A stretch of DNA of 64,000 nt from Alphaproteobacteria bacterium (lineage in GTDB: Bacteria; Pseudomonadota; Alphaproteobacteria; RF32; CAG-239): NCBI GenBank assembly GCA_044432975.1, contig JAWXUC010000001.1, positions 148,604-212,603 on the forward strand. Reading direction: 5' to 3'. Position numbers and translations under genes: made by a program. Every line of letters begins with the position of its first letter. Positions within the stretch are counted from its first letter, which is position 1. The notes under the pieces are model-generated. The model was not told where the DNA came from. It did not search any database and saw only the letters and a list, made by a program, of their open reading frames with translations. Shown here in pieces: positions 57,846 through 64,000 of the stretch.

Positions 57846-59633
57846 ATGGCAACTCCAATATTTACATTAAAAGACACCTCCATCGCATTTGGAGATAAAA
57901 AGCTTTTTGAAAAAATATCCCTTAATATATCATTAGGGGATAGAATTTCTTTAGTAGGAAGAAATGGTAGCGGAAAATCTACATTATTAAAAATCATCAC
58001 TGGCATTTTAGAACCAGATGAAGGAGAAACATTTATCCAACCAGGAACTATCATATCATACCTTCCACAAGAACCAGATGTTGCAAACTACAAAACTTTA
58101 GAAGATATTGTAAAAAAAGACTTAAAAGAAGAAGAAAAATTTCAGGCAGATATTTTCATAGAAAAACTCGGAGTTTTAAAAAATCAAGACCCTAAAGTTG
58201 CCAGCGGCGGCGAAGTTAAAAAAGCATTTTTAGCCAAAGCGTTAATAAACAGCCCAGATATATTATTATTAGACGAGCCAACCAACCATCTTGATATGCC
58301 AACAATAGAAATCTTAGAAGAATTAATAAATTCTTACAAAGGCGCCATTATTTTAATCTCACACGACAGAGCATTTTTAAACAACACTACTAATAATATG
58401 CTATGGTTAGACAGAGGCACATTAAGACAAAAAAACTCTGGTTTTAAACATTTTGAAGCGTGGGAAGAACAAATTTTTGAACAAGAAATAATAGAACAAA
58501 AAAACTTTGCAAAAAAGCTAAAACAAGAAGAAGGTTGGATGCAAACAGGTGTAACAGCCAGACGCAAACGCAATCAGGGTAGATTAAGAAGATTATTAGA
58601 ATTAAGAGCTCAACGCAAAGAACAAATCAAACAAATTGGCTCTATTGACTTAAACCTTGAAGAAGCATCTTTTGCCTCAAAAATGGTGATAGAAGCAAAA
58701 AACATTTCAAAAACATTTGGCGACAGAACTATTGTTAAAAACTTTTCAACTCGCATAATAAAAGGCAATAAAATCGGCGTCGTTGGTCCAAATGGTGCAG
58801 GCAAAACAACTTTAATAAAATTGTTAACCAAAAAACTCACCTCAGATACTGGCAACGTTAGAATGGGTAAAAACTTAAATGAGGCATATTTTGATCAAAA
58901 CAGAATTACCCTAGACCCTAAAAAAACATTATGGAAAACACTAGCTCATGAAGGAGATCACATCTACGTTCATGGCAAACACCGCCACGTTGTTGCATAT
59001 TTAAAAGATTTTTTATTCAAAGCTGAACAAGCTCAAACCCCCGTATCATCATTATCTGGTGGAGAAAAAAACAGATTAATGCTAGCTCTAGTTTTAGCGC
59101 AACCATCAAACTTTTTAATCCTTGATGAACCAACCAATGATCTAGATATGGATACACTAGACTTGTTGCAAAATGTGTTATCAGATTATCAAGGTACTGT
59201 TTTAATTATCTCACATGATAGAGATTTCTTAGATAACACTGTTTCTTCTGTTATCTACATGAAAGGCAACGGAGAAATATTAGAAAACGCAGGCAGTTGC
59301 ACTGAAGCCATAGAAAAATTTGGCGACGTTAAAAAAGCAATCAGTAAAAAAAACAAATCTGTAGGGGACGACGCCATCAGCGTCCCTCAACTTCAATCAC
59401 AAACAAAACAAAAAACAAAATTATCGTACAAAGACCAACGATTACTAGAAATTATCCCACAAGAAATTGCAGCCGCTGAAGCAAAAATAAAAGAAATAGA
59501 AACAGAATTAATGAATCCTAATTTATATACTCAAGATGCTCAAAAATTTGATGAACTAAGCCAAAAATTGCAATCACTAAAAGAAGAAGTAGACGAAAAA
59601 GAACTTAAATGGCTTGAAATATCAGAAATGTAA
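57846..59633 (+). CDS. ABC-F family ATPase (Uup/YheS-like) with two ABC domains and no TM domain.
   Basis: Two Walker A motifs (GRNGSGKST, GPNGAGKTT), two LSGGE signatures and a coiled-coil C-terminus. The start is moved to the Met after the small lipoprotein ORF. Confidence 0.85.
   Translation: MATPIFTLKDTSIAFGDKKLFEKISLNISLGDRISLVGRNGSGKSTLLKIITGILEPDEGETFIQPGTIISYLPQEPDVANYKTLEDIVKKDLKEEEKFQADIFIEKLGVLKNQDPKVASGGEVKKAFLAKALINSPDILLLDEPTNHLDMPTIEILEELINSYKGAIILISHDRAFLNNTTNNMLWLDRGTLRQKNSGFKHFEAWEEQIFEQEIIEQKNFAKKLKQEEGWMQTGVTARRKRNQGRLRRLLELRAQRKEQIKQIGSIDLNLEEASFASKMVIEAKNISKTFGDRTIVKNFSTRIIKGNKIGVVGPNGAGKTTLIKLLTKKLTSDTGNVRMGKNLNEAYFDQNRITLDPKKTLWKTLAHEGDHIYVHGKHRHVVAYLKDFLFKAEQAQTPVSSLSGGEKNRLMLALVLAQPSNFLILDEPTNDLDMDTLDLLQNVLSDYQGTVLIISHDRDFLDNTVSSVIYMKGNGEILENAGSCTEAIEKFGDVKKAISKKNKSVGDDAISVPQLQSQTKQKTKLSYKDQRLLEIIPQEIAAAEAKIKEIETELMNPNLYTQDAQKFDELSQKLQSLKEEVDEKELKWLEISEM
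59361..59388. repeat. Minimal GGGGACG hairpin (the 10-bp terminal inverted repeats of the gyrA-flanking element around a 10-nt loop) embedded in frame in the ABC-F CDS.
   Basis: gtaggggacg acgccatcag cgtccctc encodes VGDDAISVP in the linker after the second ABC domain. Confidence 0.45.
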
Positions 59634-59653
59634 AACTAAAGCATAGATAAAAT

Positions 59654-59896
59654 CTAAAGTTTTACAGGATCACCGTTTCCTAGAATCATTTTTATTTCCT
59701 TACCATCAATCTCAAAAATAACAACAGAATGTTTTGCATCAATACGTCGATACTCAATCACGTTAATTCTGCGATTACCAGCAATCTTCTTAAAAACTTT
59801 ACTTTTGTTCTGTAATTGCCCCAACCATTTTATAACATAAACACTCAACAACAAAAGACCTAAAACAAAGGCTAACGCCAAAACAACTTTTATCAT
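59654..59896 (-). CDS. Small single-TM protein, possibly FliO-like.
   Basis: N-terminal TM followed by HSVVIFEIDGKEIKMILG, resembling the FliO core (..VVEV.G..LLLGV). The position is not canonical. Confidence 0.3.
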   Translation of the reverse strand: MIKVVLALAFVLGLLLLSVYVIKWLGQLQNKSKVFKKIAGNRRINVIEYRRIDAKHSVVIFEIDGKEIKMILGNGDPVKL

Positions 59897-59897
59897 T

Positions 59898-62315
59898 TTA
59901 TTCTTTTCCTACCTTATCTAAATTTTCATTAACTTTTTTAGAAAAACTACTATAAGAAGTCAAACTATTTATTCTATTTTCAATATCTTTTATATCAATT
60001 CTATCATAATCAAATTGAGATGTTAAAACATCAAAAGAACTATAATATTTTGTTCCCTTAAACCATGGCTCAAACTTAGATCTAGCCCTAGTTATAACCA
60101 TATCTTTTCCAGATTTTTTCAAAGCAATAAGCCAATCAAAAATATATTTAACTTGCTCATCACTTAAAGCTTCTCCCTCAACTGGCTCATCAATCAATAA
60201 CTTTAATTCTGAAGAAAGCAAGTGCCAATCTTCATTCAACCAATAAATTTCAGCTCTTAACAACACTGCAAGTATAGAATAATTTTCATCTAAAATTCTT
60301 AAAGCTTCCTCATATTTATTTTGATCTTTATAAACATTAGCTCTTAAAACACTTCTTTGATTTGCAAGATTTATTTGAGGATTTTCCATATCAGTCTCAT
60401 CCAAAACCATTAACACTTTATCATTAGCTTTTTTAGAAAGATATAAAAGAGCAAGACGAGTACCTATTTTATATTTTTGCTCTACAGAAATAGTATCATT
60501 ATTCAATTCTCTTTCAAGAACCTCTATAGCATTATCAACCAAATCTACAGCAAAATACCTATCAGCAACACTAATAACAATATCAACAAACTTTGGACTC
60601 TTTTTTATATAATCCAAGTATTGATTATATACACTCAAAGTCTTAAGAGGTGCAACTTCATCCAAATAATGATTTAAATACAAATTTTCAAAAGTTTTAA
60701 CTAACTTTGTCATAACAAGAGGTTGTTTACTCTCATCTGTCAAATAAAGCTCCTCAATCATCGCATCAATAGCATTACTATAATCTTTTTTTGCCTCATA
60801 TAAAGAACTTAATGTTGTATAAATATTTCTCTTAAAGCTTTTTTCTCCCCAAGAAAATTTAACTTTTTCCAGCTCTGTAATAGCATCATCAACACTCATT
60901 TGCTTTAATCTAAAAGCAAGTAAAACTTTACCTACCCTTGCAAGAGAAGTGTATTTTTGAGAATCTGACCAAATTACCTCATCAAACTTTTTTAATGCTT
61001 CTTGATTATAGCCTTGAACATATAAATTCTGAGCAATCAAATAATTAACATGAGGAAGCATCCTTCTATTTCGAAGAGAAGATATTTTTAAAATATCAAT
61101 AAGATTTTGAGCCCTCAAATCATTTCTTTCATTTACAGCAACTTGCGCAGCAATAAAAGCTATTTTATCCTGAATAATTTGAGGATAATTTTTTATAACG
61201 AGCAAAACATCATCAAAACTGTCCTCATCCCCCAAGTCATAAGTTTCTTTTTTGGCAAAATAAATAACAGATCTCCAAAAATCTGCTTTCCTTTCTATTT
61301 TAAGATCTCCAAAAGAAAGATCATTTAAAGCTTCTTTATATCTATTTACTAAAAAGTTAGCAACTGCTCTTAAGCTATAAACTTTTTCTAGGTAATCTTC
61401 CTTTAATTCACTCTCTAAAACAACATCAACAACAGCTAGAGCCTCAAAACCAAGACCTTTATTTAAATAATATTTAGCCAATTCAAGCCTAGCATTATTT
61501 TTCTCTTCACCCTTAGAAACCCTAATATCTTTTTTTAATATAGCTTCTGCCTCATTAAAAGGTAGTGTTAATAAAGAAGAAAAAACGTTAAAATCAAACA
61601 CTTGATCCTCACCACTTCTTGATAACAAAGATTTTCTTTGAACATCACTCAAATCATCTGACAAATTAAGAACATGGTCTGAAGCTTTAAGAGAAACCCC
61701 TTTGTTTCCACTAACAACAAAGATATCATCAACATCATAAACCATTGCTATACCTTGAACAGAATTTAATATATCAAAATCAATAAAATCAAAAGCATCC
61801 AAACCTGCTTTTTTAATTTCATTTGAAACTACAGTTACAATAAAATCCCCCACTTCAGGATCTATAACAGAAATTTTTTCAGAAAAACTCTCAGAAGGAA
61901 TAAATACATAAGGCCTGTCAAGACTATCGTGTTCTATCATTAAATCAAATTTTGGAATATCAACATTTTTATCTCCATCAATAAAATCAATCGTCCAAAG
62001 ATATCCTTCTTTTCTAACAAAAAGATTAACTTTTCTATCAATTTTAACTCTTAAAACAGTAGCCTTAGAATGAGGGATTTCAAGGATTTGTGGAGAAAAC
62101 TTCTCTAAAATCTTTTCAAATTCAGACAAATTTAAACTTTTCTTTTTATCAAAAACAATCCAAATATAATCGCCTCTTTCAAAAACACTTAAAGCTGTAG
62201 GTGTTGGCCAAGAAAAACTAAGAGATGCAATATTCAAATTTGGTGTATTAGCCCAACTTTGAAAGGTTAGCAAAAAAAAGAAAATCAAACTAAATTTAAT
62301 TAAGTTTTTTTTCAT
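59898..62315 (-). CDS. Large secreted TPR-like protein (805 aa) in a flagellar gene neighbourhood.
   Basis: Signal peptide followed by an alpha-helical repeat-rich body. Co-directional and overlapping with the MotE-like gene. Confidence 0.45.
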   Translation of the reverse strand: MKKNLIKFSLIFFFLLTFQSWANTPNLNIASLSFSWPTPTALSVFERGDYIWIVFDKKKSLNLSEFEKILEKFSPQILEIPHSKATVLRVKIDRKVNLFVRKEGYLWTIDFIDGDKNVDIPKFDLMIEHDSLDRPYVFIPSESFSEKISVIDPEVGDFIVTVVSNEIKKAGLDAFDFIDFDILNSVQGIAMVYDVDDIFVVSGNKGVSLKASDHVLNLSDDLSDVQRKSLLSRSGEDQVFDFNVFSSLLTLPFNEAEAILKKDIRVSKGEEKNNARLELAKYYLNKGLGFEALAVVDVVLESELKEDYLEKVYSLRAVANFLVNRYKEALNDLSFGDLKIERKADFWRSVIYFAKKETYDLGDEDSFDDVLLVIKNYPQIIQDKIAFIAAQVAVNERNDLRAQNLIDILKISSLRNRRMLPHVNYLIAQNLYVQGYNQEALKKFDEVIWSDSQKYTSLARVGKVLLAFRLKQMSVDDAITELEKVKFSWGEKSFKRNIYTTLSSLYEAKKDYSNAIDAMIEELYLTDESKQPLVMTKLVKTFENLYLNHYLDEVAPLKTLSVYNQYLDYIKKSPKFVDIVISVADRYFAVDLVDNAIEVLERELNNDTISVEQKYKIGTRLALLYLSKKANDKVLMVLDETDMENPQINLANQRSVLRANVYKDQNKYEEALRILDENYSILAVLLRAEIYWLNEDWHLLSSELKLLIDEPVEGEALSDEQVKYIFDWLIALKKSGKDMVITRARSKFEPWFKGTKYYSSFDVLTSQFDYDRIDIKDIENRINSLTSYSSFSKKVNENLDKVGKE

Positions 62316-62887
62316 TTAATATTGTTTCCTACGATTCTCATTGTAATTTCTTTAGCAATATTAGGATTCATCTGAGACAAAATAGCAGAAGAAGAAGAAG
62401 GCTTCATTAAAGACAACAACATTTCTAAAACTTCCATATCTAAATTATTAAAAATTTCAGCAGCATCTTTAGGTTTCATAGAAATATAAACCTTAACAAG
62501 ATTGTTCATCTTTTCTTTTTCTTGTTCATTATATTTATTAACAAGCTCTAACAATCTTTTTTCATAAACTTTCATTTGTTCAATTTTTTTATCCATATCT
62601 TCTTTAGCAACATTAAGCTCAAAAGAACGTTTATCAAGCTCTTTAGATTTTACATCTAAAACTTCTCTTCTTTTTGCCAAATCTTGCAATATTTCGACTT
62701 CTGCTTTTGAAAAACTATCACCTAGCCCAATATTTACGACTTCTTTTTTTTCAACTTCTTGAGAAATAGCTTTATTTTGTTGAACAGAAAAACTAAAGTC
62801 AGATGTCAAAATATTACCAACTTTAATAGACAACATCAAAAAAGCACAAATAATAAATATTGGTAAAAGTTTAATTTTTCTAATCAT
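62312..62887 (-). CDS. MotE/FlbB-like protein with an MgtE-N-like domain.
   Basis: N-terminal TM, a coiled coil and a C-terminal MKPKDAAEIFNNLDMEVLEMLLSLMKPSSSSAILSQMNPNIAKEI MgtE_N-like motif. Confidence 0.5.
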   Translation of the reverse strand: MIRKIKLLPIFIICAFLMLSIKVGNILTSDFSFSVQQNKAISQEVEKKEVVNIGLGDSFSKAEVEILQDLAKRREVLDVKSKELDKRSFELNVAKEDMDKKIEQMKVYEKRLLELVNKYNEQEKEKMNNLVKVYISMKPKDAAEIFNNLDMEVLEMLLSLMKPSSSSAILSQMNPNIAKEITMRIVGNNIK

Positions 62888-62900
62888 TTCATCCCTCTAG

Positions 62901-63305
62901 TTACTTAATTGAACGCAAAGCTTTCAACAATTCCAATTCAGCTTCAGAATTATCTTCTTCTTTTTTCTTAAAGCTTTTCTCCCGATTATCTTTAATAACG
63001 CCCTCTAACCTATCTGCCAAATTATCTGCACGTTGATTAATAAAAGAAAGATCATCTTTTAACTCTGTGGCTTTAACAACAACCTCTTTTAAATCAGAAG
63101 AAGATGCTTGTGTAATATTTTTTAATTTAGGAATAGAATTCTCTGCCTTAAAAGTAGCATCATTCAAAGATTCCACCAATCTAGCTAAAGACTTTTGATT
63201 CTCTCTAAAAATATTAAGGTTAGCATTTAACCTAACCGCATATATAATTGTCGGAATTAAAAGAAGTATTATTATTAAATTAAGAGCAAATTCAAAATTA
63301 TCCAT
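62901..63305 (-). CDS. Small TM plus coiled-coil protein associated with the flagellar operon.
   Basis: TM helix LNLIIILLLIPTIIYAV followed by a coiled coil. Overlaps the fliM stop. Confidence 0.35.
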   Translation of the reverse strand: MDNFEFALNLIIILLLIPTIIYAVRLNANLNIFRENQKSLARLVESLNDATFKAENSIPKLKNITQASSSDLKEVVVKATELKDDLSFINQRADNLADRLEGVIKDNREKSFKKKEEDNSEAELELLKALRSIK

Positions 63306-64000
63306 TATCGTCAGGCCTTCCCTTTAATTTTACAACAACATTATCCATTTTTCTACCAATTTCAGCATTAAACAAATGAATATCACCACAAATAATTTTA
63401 ACATCATCATCAACTGCCATATCAAGATCAAAGAAAGAACCCTTCTCCCACTTAGCAACATCTTTAAGAGATACATTTTTAGTTTTTAACAAAGCCTCTA
63501 ATTCAAGATCAGTTTCACAAAGTTCCGCTCCTAAATGACTTTCCCAAATAATATCACGACCAAATCTTTCACCCATAAACATTTGAGATAAAATTTCTCT
63601 AATTGGTTCTAATGTTGCATAAGGAATCATTAATTCAAGCTTACCACCCCTATCTTCCATATCAACTCTAATTTTTGCCACAATAACCGCATTAGACAAA
63701 CGAGAAATCGCCGCAAAAAGAGGGTTAGTCTCAAGCCTATCAAAAGAAAAATTAATACTAGCAACAGGATCAAAAGCAGTAGATAAATCGGAAAGAATCA
63801 ATTGCATAATTTCTTTTACAATATTCAACTCAATAATGGTATAAGGACGACCTTCTATCCTCATTGCAGCAGTACCACGTCTACCACCTAAAAGAACATC
63901 AACCATAGAATAAACAAGAGAGAAATCTGCAGAAATCATTCCATAATTATCCAACTCATCAGCCTTAAAAACAGAAAGCAATGTTGGCAAAGAAAGAGTT
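63298..64000 (-). CDS. fliM: Flagellar motor switch protein FliM. Partial, with the N-terminus beyond the window end.
   Basis: MVDVLLGGRRG (FliM middle domain) and a C-terminal SpoA/FliN-like region (DVKIICGDIHLFNAEIGR). The frame is open to the window edge. Confidence 0.8.
   Translation of the reverse strand, partial: TLSLPTLLSVFKADELDNYGMISADFSLVYSMVDVLLGGRRGTAAMRIEGRPYTIIELNIVKEIMQLILSDLSTAFDPVASINFSFDRLETNPLFAAISRLSNAVIVAKIRVDMEDRGGKLELMIPYATLEPIREILSQMFMGERFGRDIIWESHLGAELCETDLELEALLKTKNVSLKDVAKWEKGSFFDLDMAVDDDVKIICGDIHLFNAEIGRKMDNVVVKLKGRPDDNG

Overview
This is an AT-rich (about 30% GC) bacterial window dense with housekeeping genes. Gene content and synteny point to a reduced alphaproteobacterial genome, probably a Rickettsiales-like endosymbiont that still carries flagellar genes. 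The evidence is an FtsZ with a long acidic alpha-type linker and conserved C-terminal tail, the lptG-lptD-surA-rsmA arrangement, a eukaryote-like (type 2) IleRS, and the presence of mreB, nrdR and fliI/fliJ/fliP/fliM. The core of the window is a contiguous minus-strand block mreB-mreC-mreD-mrdA-rodA-mraY-ftsW-murG-murB-ftsQ-ftsA. Also present are ispA/xseB, fba, tkt, mutL-nrdR, nusB-def-fmt, sodB, gyrA, ssb, accB-accC, ybgC, ftsZ, ileS and an ABC-F ATPase. The non-housekeeping signal is the more interesting part. (1) Two unrelated families of structured palindromic repeats are present. One is a roughly 160-bp MITE/RPE-like element with two copies whose terminal inverted repeats differ between copies in a compensatory way. 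The other is a GC-rich double-hairpin element, GTAGGGGACG...CGTCCCCTAC, found on both sides of gyrA, in a diverged copy beside the first element, and as a minimal copy inserted in frame inside the ABC-F gene. (2) Three adjacent paralogous small acidic genes have carrier-protein-like (ACP-like) repeats and lie between rsmA and ftsZ, close to accBC and ybgC. (3) A Ppx/GppA-type domain is fused to a KEKE-type microsatellite tract and an unknown C-terminal domain. (4) Two orphan HigA-like HTH paralogs are each preceded by a long perfect palindrome, and one is followed directly by a NeuD-like acetyltransferase gene. (5) lptG and lptD are read as one continuous ORF with no stop, and a 412-aa orphan occupies the position where lptF is expected. 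(6) Two SemiSWEET genes sit in tandem. (7) A symmetric array of five TCTAGA units lies upstream of ileS. (8) A small-ORF or sRNA locus with a clean promoter and terminator lies upstream of gyrA. No rRNA, tRNA, CRISPR array or transposase ORF was recognisable.
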